Assembly: GCA_017958705.1 (NCBI GenBank) | Contig: JAGDCE010000208.1 | Location: 1-35,818 of the forward strand | DNA length: 35,818 nucleotides | Direction of reading: 5' to 3' | From: Clostridia bacterium | GTDB lineage: Bacteria > Bacillota > Clostridia > Oscillospirales > CAG-272 | Shown here: positions 14,696-23,269 of the stretch, in pieces | Layout: every line of letters starts with the position of its first letter | Position numbering within the stretch: the first letter of the stretch is position 1 | The notes under the pieces: generated by a model | Seen by the model: the letters and a program-made list of their open reading frames with translations, nothing else | What the model was told of the DNA's origin: nothing | Databases searched by the model: none | Position numbers and translations under genes: made by a program

Positions 14696-17080
14696 TTATT
14701 TGAGTTTTACGACGGTGACGCCGTTGTCTCCCTCGCCCCACGCTCCGTCGCGGAAGCCCGCAACGCGCGGATCTTTTTTCAGCTGCGCGCGCAGAAGCTC
14801 TCTCAGCTTGCCCGTTCCTTTACCGTGGATCAGGCTGACCTGACCGAGACGGCACACGATAGCGTCGTCGATATATCTGTCGACGACCACCCACGCTTCC
14901 TCGCCGTTCATGCCGCGGAGATCGATCTCGGAGCTGATCGTGCGCGGCGCGCTTTCTTTTACCGCGGGCTTTTCTTTTTTTGCATCCGTTTTGCGTTTCG
15001 TGTATTCGTCGCCGATCCTGATATCGGACAGCGCGACTTTCATTTTCAGCATCCCGGATTCCACGGACACGGCGCCGTTCTTATCCGGTGCGGACCGCAC
15101 AACGGCATTCGTTTTGAGTTTCTTGATATAAACGGTCTCGCCTATCTGCGGCATGCGCGGGAGCACGTATCCGTCGTCAACTTCTTCCGACGCGGTGCTG
15201 TCGTATTCGTCGAGCTTTTCGCGTATCCCCTGCCTCGACGCGGCGAGCGCCGCAGCGCGTTCCTCTTTGCTCTTCTTTTTGTTCGCGCGGTCGAGCTCCG
15301 CGTATATGAATTCAGCGGAGGCACGGGCGGATTCCACAGTCCTCCTCGACTGCTCCTTCGCCTTCTGCAGTTCTTTTTCGGCTTTTTCGAGCGCTTCGTC
15401 CGCGGCGGCTCTTTGAGCTTTTGCGTATTCTTCAGCGCGAAGTTTCGCGTTCTCCGCCTCCTCGCGCGCCGCAGTCATCGCGTTCCTCTGCTCCTCGAGT
15501 TTTGAGATCACGTTCTCGAAGCGCTTACTGTCGGAGTGTACCGAGCTTTGCGCGCGTTCAATCACGTTCTTCGGCAGTCCGAGCCGCTGCGCTATCGCAA
15601 AGGCGTTCGATCTGCCGGGCGCGCCGATTATCAGTCTGTAAGTCGGGCGCAGCGTGTCTATATCGAATTCGCACGAGGCGTTAGTCACGCCGGGCGTCTC
15701 GACGGCGTAAGCTTTCAGCTCCGCGTAATGCGTGGTGGCCATGCACAGAGCGCCGAGCTCGCGGACCTCCTCGAGTATCGAGACGGCGAGCGCCGCGCCT
15801 TCGACCGGGTCGGTACCGGCGCCGAGCTCGTCGAATATGACGAGCGTCTTATCGGTTATCGAGCCGAGCATATCGACTATGTTCACCATATGAGACGAGA
15901 ACGTCGACAGAGACTGTTCGATCGACTGCTCGTCGCCTATGTCCGCCATGATGCCGTCGAACACGCAGAGACTGCTTCCTTCGGCGCACGGGACGTGCAG
16001 GCCCGCCTGCGCCATCATGACGAGCAGCCCGACGGTCTTTTCGGATACCGTCTTGCCGCCGGTGTTCGGTCCGGTTATAACGAGTGTGTCGTAATCACCG
16101 CCGAGCGTGACGTCGATAGGCACGACCTTCGCGCGGTCGAGCAGCGGGTGACGCGCTCTTTTGAGCACGATCTGACGCTTTTCCGTGTATACCGGTTTTA
16201 CCGCGTCCATCCTGATCGCAAGCTTGCCGCGTGCGAACGCGTACGACAGATAGATCAGGTTCATATAATCAAGCTTTATCTGCTCCGAACGCTCCGCGAT
16301 CTGCGATGAAAAATCGTACAGGATCTTTTCTATCTCCGTCTGTTCCGCGCGCTCGAGCACTTTGAGCTCGTTGTTCGCGTCGACGGCAGCGACTGGTTCT
16401 ATGAACAGCGTGGCGCCGGACGAAGACGTGTCGTGCACGAGCCCTTTGACCTCGTTTTTGTATTCCGCTTTGACCGGGATGACGTATCTGCCGTTCCGCA
16501 GGGTTATTATATTTTCCTGCAGATATTTGGAGTACGCGTCGCCCGTGATGAATTTCTGCAGCGTTTCTCTTATCTTGTTGTTGGCGTTTCTGATCTTGCG
16601 CCTTATCTCCGACAGTGCGGGGCTCGCGTCGTCGGCGATCATATCCTCGCTGATTATAGCCGACGTGATGCGCCTTTCGAGATCCCTGTCCGGCAAAAGA
16701 CGCTCGAATACCTCGTCGAGGCACGTCTCGTATTTGCGGTCAGTCTTATAATATTCGCTGACGCCGTGCACAGTTCTTAAAACGTTTGCGCAGTCGAGCA
16801 GTTCGCGCGCCGAGAGCATCGAGCCTTTCTCCGCGCGGTCGACGAGCGGCGTGACGTCTTTTACGAATCCGAACGACGGTTCGCCTTTGTTGACGTACAG
16901 TCTCGCCGCATCCGCCGTTTCGTTCTGCAGCGCTTCTATCCGCGCCAGACCGTCCGTCGGCTCGGTCTGCATACAGAGCTGTTTTGCACCGTCCGTCGTC
17001 GCACATTCCGAAAGCATCGTCAGGATGCTCTGAAACTGCAGCGTTACGGCAGCTTTGCTGAATCTTTCGTTATCGTTCAT
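14696..17080 (-). CDS. mutS2: Endonuclease MutS2 (MutS domain plus C-terminal Smr)
   Basis: 794 aa. Walker A is GPNTGGKTV, followed by DELGAGTDP. A coiled-coil K/E/A-rich linker precedes the C-terminal Smr domain (IDLRGMNGEEA...LIHGKGTGKLR). Confidence 0.95.
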   Translation of the reverse strand: MNDNERFSKAAVTLQFQSILTMLSECATTDGAKQLCMQTEPTDGLARIEALQNETADAARLYVNKGEPSFGFVKDVTPLVDRAEKGSMLSARELLDCANVLRTVHGVSEYYKTDRKYETCLDEVFERLLPDRDLERRITSAIISEDMIADDASPALSEIRRKIRNANNKIRETLQKFITGDAYSKYLQENIITLRNGRYVIPVKAEYKNEVKGLVHDTSSSGATLFIEPVAAVDANNELKVLERAEQTEIEKILYDFSSQIAERSEQIKLDYMNLIYLSYAFARGKLAIRMDAVKPVYTEKRQIVLKRARHPLLDRAKVVPIDVTLGGDYDTLVITGPNTGGKTVSEKTVGLLVMMAQAGLHVPCAEGSSLCVFDGIMADIGDEQSIEQSLSTFSSHMVNIVDMLGSITDKTLVIFDELGAGTDPVEGAALAVSILEEVRELGALCMATTHYAELKAYAVETPGVTNASCEFDIDTLRPTYRLIIGAPGRSNAFAIAQRLGLPKNVIERAQSSVHSDSKRFENVISKLEEQRNAMTAAREEAENAKLRAEEYAKAQRAAADEALEKAEKELQKAKEQSRRTVESARASAEFIYAELDRANKKKSKEERAAALAASRQGIREKLDEYDSTASEEVDDGYVLPRMPQIGETVYIKKLKTNAVVRSAPDKNGAVSVESGMLKMKVALSDIRIGDEYTKRKTDAKKEKPAVKESAPRTISSEIDLRGMNGEEAWVVVDRYIDDAIVCRLGQVSLIHGKGTGKLRELLRAQLKKDPRVAGFRDGAWGEGDNGVTVVKLK

Positions 17081-17081
17081 A

Positions 17082-17867
17082 TCAGTCTGATCTTATCATT
17101 TCTTTGTAGAAATCAAGTGTTTTATAGCTTCTTTCAAGATGATTTATGAGGTATTTCTCCGATATCTCACCGAGCCTGCGGCGCACCGCGGGATCGGTCG
17201 GAAGCGAGAACATCCTGTTCTGCTCCGCGTTTATCACTCTGTCGGCGGCGTACGCCTCCGCACCGGTCATCATCATGATTATGCGCGCGGTGCGCGTTAT
17301 CTCGCTCATACGCTCGTCCTCTTCGCCTTTTCCGCAGTCGCGGCAGACGAGCTCACCGTTCATTATATCGAGATAATACCAGTCTTTATCGCTTCTGCCG
17401 CATCTGCAGCAGCCGGACAGATCGGGATTTATGCCGAGCAGCGCCGTCAGGCGAAGCTCGAACACCGTTTTGACGTCCTGCGGCGGGCGGCTGTTCTCGG
17501 ACAGCACGTGAAGACAGTTCAGTGCGAGGCGCAGCGTATCCTCAGCCGGTTCGCCGTCGACCGTGACGTCCGCGAGCACTTCACAGATATAATCGGCGAG
17601 GCACATGGCGGATACGTTTTTCCAGAGCCCGAAAAACGAAGCCTTCGACGACGCCTCGTGCAGCACGTTATGCTTGTCCGTTTTGTCGATGACGAAATCG
17701 CCGTACGTAAATTTAAGCGAAGCCGCCATGAATCTGCTCGTGATCTTCCTCCCTCCGCGGGCGTGCACGTACATCTTTCCGTACTGCCTCGTTATCAGCG
17801 TCAGTGTTTTATCGCTTTCGCCCACGTCGGTGGTGTTCACGACGAGACCGTCGACCTGTACGAGCAT
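17082..17867 (-). CDS. recO: DNA repair protein RecO
   Basis: Position between era and mutS2. N-terminal OB-fold-like region and a CxxC...CxxC zinc motif (CCRCG...CRDCG). Confidence 0.85.
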   Translation of the reverse strand: MLVQVDGLVVNTTDVGESDKTLTLITRQYGKMYVHARGGRKITSRFMAASLKFTYGDFVIDKTDKHNVLHEASSKASFFGLWKNVSAMCLADYICEVLADVTVDGEPAEDTLRLALNCLHVLSENSRPPQDVKTVFELRLTALLGINPDLSGCCRCGRSDKDWYYLDIMNGELVCRDCGKGEEDERMSEITRTARIIMMMTGAEAYAADRVINAEQNRMFSLPTDPAVRRRLGEISEKYLINHLERSYKTLDFYKEMIRSD

Positions 17868-17870
17868 ACG

Positions 17871-18767
17871 TCAATCCTCGAAATAACCGAAGTTCTTCGC
17901 AGCGGAAACGCTGTCGCGCCAGTTCTTCTTGACCTTGACCCAGAGATCTATATACACGCGGCAGCCGAAGAAAGCTTCGAGATCTTCCCTCGCGTACGTG
18001 CCGATCTTCTTTATCGTTTCGCCGTTTTTGCCGATTATTATCCCCTTGTGCGACGCTTTTTCGCAGAATATCTCGGCGCGGATCGATATAAGATCCTTTT
18101 TCTCGGTGAAATCCTCTATCGTGACGGCTGTGCCGTGAGGTATCTCGTCGTCGGTGAGCCGCAGTATCTTTTCGCGTATGACCTCCGCGGCGATCAGTCT
18201 TTCCGGCTGGTCTGTTATCATATCCTCCGGGAAAAAGAATCTCGGTTCGGCAAAGTGTTCCTTTACCTCGTCAAGGATTATGTCCACGCCGTCGTTTTTC
18301 AGCGCCGAGATCGGTATCACGTCGATGAATTCCATGAGCGGCGAGTAATCGAGTATGGTCTGTCCGAGTTTTTCCTTGCTCTTTATATCCGTCTTGTTTA
18401 TTATCAGATAGATGGGCACGCCGAGCGTTTTCAGTTTTTCGATTATACTGAGCTCCGTCTGATTCGGCTTGCAGTCCGCCTCGACGACGAAAAGCACGAC
18501 GTCAGCGCCCGTGATCGACGAATAGGCGCTTTTCACCATGTAATCGCCGAGTCTCGTCCGCGTCTTGTGTATGCCGGGCGTGTCGATGAACACGTACTGA
18601 ACGTTGTCCTTTGTCAGTATCCCGGTTATCGCCGTGCGCGTCGTCTGCGGTTTCTTTGATACTATCGCGATCTTTTCGCCGAGCATGGTGTTGAGCAGCG
18701 TCGATTTGCCGACGTTCGGTCTGCCGATTATGGCGACAAAGCCGCATTTTCTGTTTTCGTTATCCAT
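17871..18767 (-). CDS. era: GTPase Era
   Basis: G1 GRPNVGKST, G3 DTPG, G4 NKTD, and a C-terminal KH domain. ATG 18767 overlaps the ybeY TAA by 1 nt. The ORF-track extension to 18890 is rejected. Confidence 0.95.
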   Translation of the reverse strand: MDNENRKCGFVAIIGRPNVGKSTLLNTMLGEKIAIVSKKPQTTRTAITGILTKDNVQYVFIDTPGIHKTRTRLGDYMVKSAYSSITGADVVLFVVEADCKPNQTELSIIEKLKTLGVPIYLIINKTDIKSKEKLGQTILDYSPLMEFIDVIPISALKNDGVDIILDEVKEHFAEPRFFFPEDMITDQPERLIAAEVIREKILRLTDDEIPHGTAVTIEDFTEKKDLISIRAEIFCEKASHKGIIIGKNGETIKKIGTYAREDLEAFFGCRVYIDLWVKVKKNWRDSVSAAKNFGYFED

Positions 18768-19246
18768 TATTTCCGGTCCTGTTTCCTGAATTTTTTCATT
18801 ATCTCGTTCTGGCGGGAAAACATGTCCTGCTCGTCCTCCGGCGACGTCTCGTGATCGTAGCCGAGCAGATGAAGCGTCGAATGTACGCACAGAAACGCGA
18901 CTTCTTCGTTTATCCCGTGCCCGAGCTCCGTTGCCTGTTCTCGAGCCTTTTCAAGGCTGATCACGATATCGCCGACCGGCAGACAGCCGTCCACCAGATC
19001 GTCGTCCGTATACTCCCCGTCGATCAGCGGGAACGAGAGCACGTCCGTCTCCTTGTCCTTGCCGCGGTACTGTGAATTCAGCGCCTTGATCCCCGCGTTG
19101 TCCGTCAGTGTGACGGATATCTCGCATTCGTCCGGGAACTGCTCGTATGAAAGCGTCTCGATTATCGCCGCGCGGATGAACGAGCGCATCGCGGGCGTGT
19201 ATCCTTCTTTATCCTGTTCGTTCTTGATATATATCCTGTGCATCAT
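18767..19246 (-). CDS. ybeY: rRNA maturation endoribonuclease YbeY
   Basis: HSTLHLLGYDH zinc motif. Canonical position between phoH and era. Confidence 0.95.
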   Translation of the reverse strand: MMHRIYIKNEQDKEGYTPAMRSFIRAAIIETLSYEQFPDECEISVTLTDNAGIKALNSQYRGKDKETDVLSFPLIDGEYTDDDLVDGCLPVGDIVISLEKAREQATELGHGINEEVAFLCVHSTLHLLGYDHETSPEDEQDMFSRQNEIMKKFRKQDRK

Positions 19247-20271
19247 CTGCTCCTCGTGTACCTTTTATGCGCGGCGTTTTCCGCTGATCTGACTTCCTGC
19301 TGACGCTCGTATTTTTCATACGCCGTGATTATCTTCTGTACGAGCCTGTGGCGGACGACGTCCTTTTCCGTAAAGCGGTGCACCGCTATGCCCTCGATAC
19401 CGTCGAGCACCTTGATGGCTTCCTTAAGTCCGCTCTTTTTACCGAACGGCAGATCTATCTGCGTATCGTCTCCGGTGACAATCGCTTTCGAGTTGAAGCC
19501 GAGACGCGTCAGAAACATCTTCATCTGCTCCGGCGTCGTGTTCTGAGCCTCGTCTAAGATTATGAAAGAATCGTCAAGCGTGCGGCCTCTCATGTAAGCG
19601 AGCGGCGCGATCTCGATAGTCCCCTTCTCGACGTATTTCTGATAAGTCTCGGCACCGAGCATCTCGTACAGCGCGTCGTACAGCGGGCGCAGATACGGAT
19701 CTATTTTGTTTTGCAAATCACCCGGCAGAAATCCGAGCTTTTCACCGGCTTCCACGGCGGGCCGCGTGAGGATTATACGGTTTACTTCCTTCGCGCGCAG
19801 CGCTTTCGTCGCCATGGCGACGGCGAGGAACGTCTTGCCCGTGCCGGCGGGTCCGACTCCGATAACTACCGTGTTCTTTTTGATCGCTTCGATATATTTC
19901 TTCTGTCCGACGGTCTTCGCTTTGATCGGCTTGCCGCGCGTCGTTATACAGATACATTCGTCGTCGTATGACGACAGCTCTTCCTGCCTGCCGTCCTCTA
20001 CCATCGATATAACGTAGTCGACGTTCTGATCCGTTATATCGTCGTTCAACGCGGCTATGCGGTGCAGTGACGAGACTGCGCTGTACGCGCGGTCGACCGC
20101 GTCGGCGTCGTCTCCTGTGATCACGATCGCGAGCCCGCCGGAGCGTTCCGTATCCTTGCCGGATATGCGGACGCCGAACGCCTGCTCGAGCCTTTCGGCG
20201 TAGCAGTTGTAGACTCCGAATATCCTGACGGCTTCATCCATCGTATCGGTCAATACTGTTTTCGATATCAT
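19243..20271 (-). CDS. phoH: PhoH-family ATPase
   Basis: Walker A GPAGTGKT, then ILTRPAVEAGEKLGFLPGD and the FIILDEAQN box. An ATGA overlap links it to ybeY. Confidence 0.9.
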   Translation of the reverse strand: MISKTVLTDTMDEAVRIFGVYNCYAERLEQAFGVRISGKDTERSGGLAIVITGDDADAVDRAYSAVSSLHRIAALNDDITDQNVDYVISMVEDGRQEELSSYDDECICITTRGKPIKAKTVGQKKYIEAIKKNTVVIGVGPAGTGKTFLAVAMATKALRAKEVNRIILTRPAVEAGEKLGFLPGDLQNKIDPYLRPLYDALYEMLGAETYQKYVEKGTIEIAPLAYMRGRTLDDSFIILDEAQNTTPEQMKMFLTRLGFNSKAIVTGDDTQIDLPFGKKSGLKEAIKVLDGIEGIAVHRFTEKDVVRHRLVQKIITAYEKYERQQEVRSAENAAHKRYTRSR

Positions 20272-20303
20272 ATAAAACCAACCTGTGATAATTTTACGAT
20301 TTT

Positions 20304-20333
20304 AATATAACACACCCGTTTCCGTTTTGTCAA
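20304..20333 (-). promoter_or_regulatory. Candidate sigma-A promoter upstream of phoH
   Basis: The minus strand reads TTGACA (20328-20333), an 18-nt spacer, then TATATT (20304-20309). It lies about 30 nt upstream of ATG 20271. Confidence 0.45.
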
Positions 20334-20381
20334 GAGTAAAAATCACAAATTTTATATTAAATATATTTGATATTATATCAT

Positions 20382-21509
20382 CTATTTTGCGATATTGCAG
20401 ACGAGCCACGCTTCACAGTAAATTTTGTATTTTCCGTCGCTTATCTCCACCTTTTTCGTGACGCTCTGAAGCTGTCCGTCGCCGACGACAGCCGACAGTG
20501 CCGCCTCGTATTTTTTCTGCAACTCGGCGTAAGCCTCGCGCTCGGTAACCGCTCTGTTCGTGACGATATATTCCCGGTACGTGCTCGTTTCTATCTTCAC
20601 CGGCAGCGTCACCGCGCCGAACACGGTGACCGCGTCTGTGCACGTTTCCTTTTCACAGCTGTCATGATCTTTTCCGGCGCGCAATCTGCGCGAAAACAGC
20701 AGCGGTATGCGCTCCGTGTACGTGTTTCCGGTATAAGTTTTTTCAAAAACCGTGCGCGGATATTCGCACACGAACGATCTGCACACGAGCGCGTAAACTC
20801 TGCCGCGCGCGGGCACCGTCACCGTGCCGCTGTGAAAAGTTTCGTAAGTGCCTGATATCAGCAGATCCCCCGCTTTTACCGTCTGTCCTTTTTCAACCAC
20901 GGTTCTGCCGGCGTACGTTTCATATCTGATTATATATCCGTCCTCGGAAGCCTTCAGATCCGTACTTTCTCTCGTTGTCTGCTCGGGCGGTATGATCCTC
21001 TCGTCAGTCACGACAGTGGCGACGGTCCCGGACATGTTTATGCGTACGTAGGCGACGTCCGGACATTTCATCATAACCAGGTTCTCGAGATATCTGCGGT
21101 CGACGCGCGAGCCGACGGCGCCGGCATACAGACCGTTTTCATAAAGCGTCTGCTCTATCCTTGCGACGTCCTCGCCGCCGCCCGGAACGAATCTGACGTC
21201 CCAGACTATATCGTCGGACAGCAAAAGACCCGCGGCGAATATAAGCGCGCCGATGCAAATCCCCGGACGTCGAAGCAGCTTTTTCAGATCCTTCAGGATC
21301 CCGCGGGTCTTTGTGATCGAAGCGAGCTTCAGCAGATCTTTATCCCCGGCGCGTCCGGCGGTGACAGTGAAGCTGGTGACGCCGTCTTTTTCACAAACGT
21401 CGTAGAAGCCGATCCCGTTTTTCTGCATATACCGCAGCGCTTCGTTTTTATGCTCCGGCCGCTCCGTCATTCTGGCTGTGCCGGCAAAATATCTGATTAT
21501 CTCAGACAT
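20382..21509 (-). CDS. yqfD: Sporulation protein YqfD
   Basis: N-terminal soluble region, a single TM segment (ICIGALIFAAGLLL), then a C-terminal YqfD-like region. It follows yqfC and ends with TAG at 20382-20384. Confidence 0.8.
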   Translation of the reverse strand: MSEIIRYFAGTARMTERPEHKNEALRYMQKNGIGFYDVCEKDGVTSFTVTAGRAGDKDLLKLASITKTRGILKDLKKLLRRPGICIGALIFAAGLLLSDDIVWDVRFVPGGGEDVARIEQTLYENGLYAGAVGSRVDRRYLENLVMMKCPDVAYVRINMSGTVATVVTDERIIPPEQTTRESTDLKASEDGYIIRYETYAGRTVVEKGQTVKAGDLLISGTYETFHSGTVTVPARGRVYALVCRSFVCEYPRTVFEKTYTGNTYTERIPLLFSRRLRAGKDHDSCEKETCTDAVTVFGAVTLPVKIETSTYREYIVTNRAVTEREAYAELQKKYEAALSAVVGDGQLQSVTKKVEISDGKYKIYCEAWLVCNIAK

Positions 21510-21741
21510 CGTTCCCCGCTCCGTATCTGACTCCGCCTATGCGTCCGGTCACCTCGCACGCGCTGTCTCCGCAGACGCGGACCGACAGGTCGTTGCCGTA
21601 AATCACAACGATCTGTCTGCCGGACGAAAATACGACCGACTCGCTGCTGTACTCGCGTATCAGCGCGCCGCCGTCAATTATTACCTCGCGCCTGCCGAAT
21701 ATATATACTCCGAGATCCGCCGGTTCTTTTCTCTTGTTCAT
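21502..21741 (-). CDS. yqfC: YabP/YqfC-family sporulation protein
   Basis: Small beta-rich protein (...IDGGALIREYSSESVVF...IVVIYGNDLSV...EVTGRI). GGGGGAG directly abuts ATG 21747, so the second ATG at 21741 (6-nt spacing) is preferred. There is an 8-nt overlap with yqfD. Confidence 0.75.
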   Translation of the reverse strand: MNKRKEPADLGVYIFGRREVIIDGGALIREYSSESVVFSSGRQIVVIYGNDLSVRVCGDSACEVTGRIGGVRYGAGNDV

Positions 21742-21818
21742 CTTCATCTCCCCCGTAATAAAACAGCGTTTTGTAAAATAGTATTGTAAAAAAGGTCAGT
21801 CTATGATCGGAGGGGACA

Positions 21819-22730
21819 TTGAAGACGAAAAAATCCGTTATACGCACCGTGTCGTCGTTTTTATTCATCGTTTTATACACGGCTTATCTTTTGATATTTT
21901 CCGACCGCACGAAAGCCGACGCCGCCGAGGGTCTGCGGTTATGCGCCGGTGTGATCCTTCCCGCCGTTTTTCCGTTCTCCGTCGCCTCGTCGCTGATCGT
22001 CTCGTCCGGGTTGTGCGGCGCACTCGGCACGTATATCGGGCGGCCGTTTTCGGCTCTGCTCGGGATCTCCGGCAGCGGCGCCGGGGTGTTCTTTCTCGGA
22101 CTCGTCGGCGGCTATCCGACGGGCGCGTCTTCGTGCGCGCGGCTGTACCGCGACAAAGCCGTAAGCAAAGCGGAAGCCGAGGCGCTCGTATCCTACACGA
22201 ACAACGCGACTCCGGCTTTTTCAGCGGTCTTCATCGGCTCCCTGCTCGGTTCGCGGCGCGCTGGATTCGCCGTATATCTGATATGTATCTTATCGGCGTT
22301 TTTGTGGGGTCTTCTGCTGCGCAAAAAGACCGGGAGCCACGTGCCGAATGCCTCGGCGTCAGGCGGATGCGATCTGTCGTCGTGTGTCGCCTCTTCGGCG
22401 CGCTCCGCCGTCGTCATCTGCGCCGACGTCGTGGTGTTCTCGATCATATCCGGCGCCTTGTCCGCCGTTCCGTACTGCGGTGTCGTCTCGGCGCTGCCGG
22501 AGCTGACGAACGGCGCCGTGAAGCTGTCCGGGATGATATCGGATCCGCGTCTGCGCGGCGCGGCGGTATGCGCACTGACTTCGTTTTCGGGACTCTGCGT
22601 TATGGATCAGGTATGCGGAGTCTGCAGAGAGGCCGGACTGTCCGCGCGGTATTACGTCATCGGCAAGCCGCTGCAGGCATTATTTTCGTTTTTTGCGTTT
22701 TATCTGTCATATCCGCTTTTTTTGTCTTGA
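21819..22730 (+). CDS. YlbJ-like sporulation integral membrane protein (nucleoside-recognition/Gate domain family)
   Basis: TTG start with a GGAGGGG SD. Motifs: GLRLCAGVILPAVFPF, GGYPTGA, SYTNNATPAF. Multi-pass membrane protein. At 303 aa it is shorter than B. subtilis YlbJ. Confidence 0.7.
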   Translation: MKTKKSVIRTVSSFLFIVLYTAYLLIFSDRTKADAAEGLRLCAGVILPAVFPFSVASSLIVSSGLCGALGTYIGRPFSALLGISGSGAGVFFLGLVGGYPTGASSCARLYRDKAVSKAEAEALVSYTNNATPAFSAVFIGSLLGSRRAGFAVYLICILSAFLWGLLLRKKTGSHVPNASASGGCDLSSCVASSARSAVVICADVVVFSIISGALSAVPYCGVVSALPELTNGAVKLSGMISDPRLRGAAVCALTSFSGLCVMDQVCGVCREAGLSARYYVIGKPLQALFSFFAFYLSYPLFLS

Positions 22731-22781
22731 CAAGCATGAACAAACGTGATAGAATAGAAAAAAAGCAAAGAGAGTGAAACA

Positions 22782-22976
22782 ATGGACGCCGAATACGAAA
22801 AGATATGTCTTTACTGTGAGCACGCCGCCCCGTCTTACGATTCCGAGCGGATGCTCTGCGAACTGCGCGGCGTCGTATCGAGCGGTCATAAATGCAAAAA
22901 ATTCATTTACGATCCCTTAAAACGCGTCCCCCGCGTCCCCAAAAAGCCGGCGCATGACGAAATGCCGCAGATATGA
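22782..22976 (+). CDS. Small Cys-containing protein (CxxC...C...C), function unknown
   Basis: 64 aa: CLYCEH...MCELRGVVSSGHKCKKFIYDPLKRVP. It is followed immediately by a strong intrinsic terminator. Confidence 0.6.
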   Translation: MDAEYEKICLYCEHAAPSYDSERMLCELRGVVSSGHKCKKFIYDPLKRVPRVPKKPAHDEMPQI

Positions 22977-23002
22977 AAACGTGCGAGATCGCACGTTTTT
23001 TT
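22976..23002 (+). terminator. Intrinsic terminator
   Basis: aaaacgtgcg-agat-cgcacgtttt plus a T-run. It overlaps the last base of the TGA stop. Confidence 0.75.
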
Positions 23003-23056
23003 ATTCGTCATATAATAGTACTGCGGGCAGACCGCAAACTATAAAGGGATGATCAT

Positions 23057-23269
23057 ATGAAATACGGGATCTTCGCGCTGTCCTCGCTTACGTACGCGTA
23101 CAAAGGCAGGGACGCGCTTTATCGTTATGATATAAGATCAACGGTTATAAGGCTTGACGGGACGGAGACGAAAAAGGGGTGCCGGTTCGGGCTGCGCGTG
23201 GACGAGCGCGACAAAGACGAAGCGAGGCGGGCGCTGAGGTCCGCCGGGATCGTTTTCACGGAGACGTGA
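23057..23269 (+). CDS. DUF3343-like putative Se/S carrier protein
   Basis: 70 aa with SD AAGGGA. The layout is IFALSS...DIRSTVIRLDG...KKGCRFGLRV, with a single conserved-looking Cys. It sits directly upstream of a class-V aminotransferase, the usual context for this family. Confidence 0.65.
   Translation: MKYGIFALSSLTYAYKGRDALYRYDIRSTVIRLDGTETKKGCRFGLRVDERDKDEARRALRSAGIVFTET

Noticed and set aside
17139-18659. 506-aa plus-strand ORF antisense to recO and era
   Set aside because: It spans two well-supported minus-strand genes, has no recognisable motifs and has biased Arg/Val/Tyr composition, so it is a shadow ORF.
21803-22777. 324-aa Arg-rich ORF overlapping the ylbJ-like gene in another plus frame
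   Set aside because: It has extreme Arg content and no hydrophobic or structured pattern. The alternative frame gives a typical multi-pass membrane protein with YlbJ-like motifs and a good SD.
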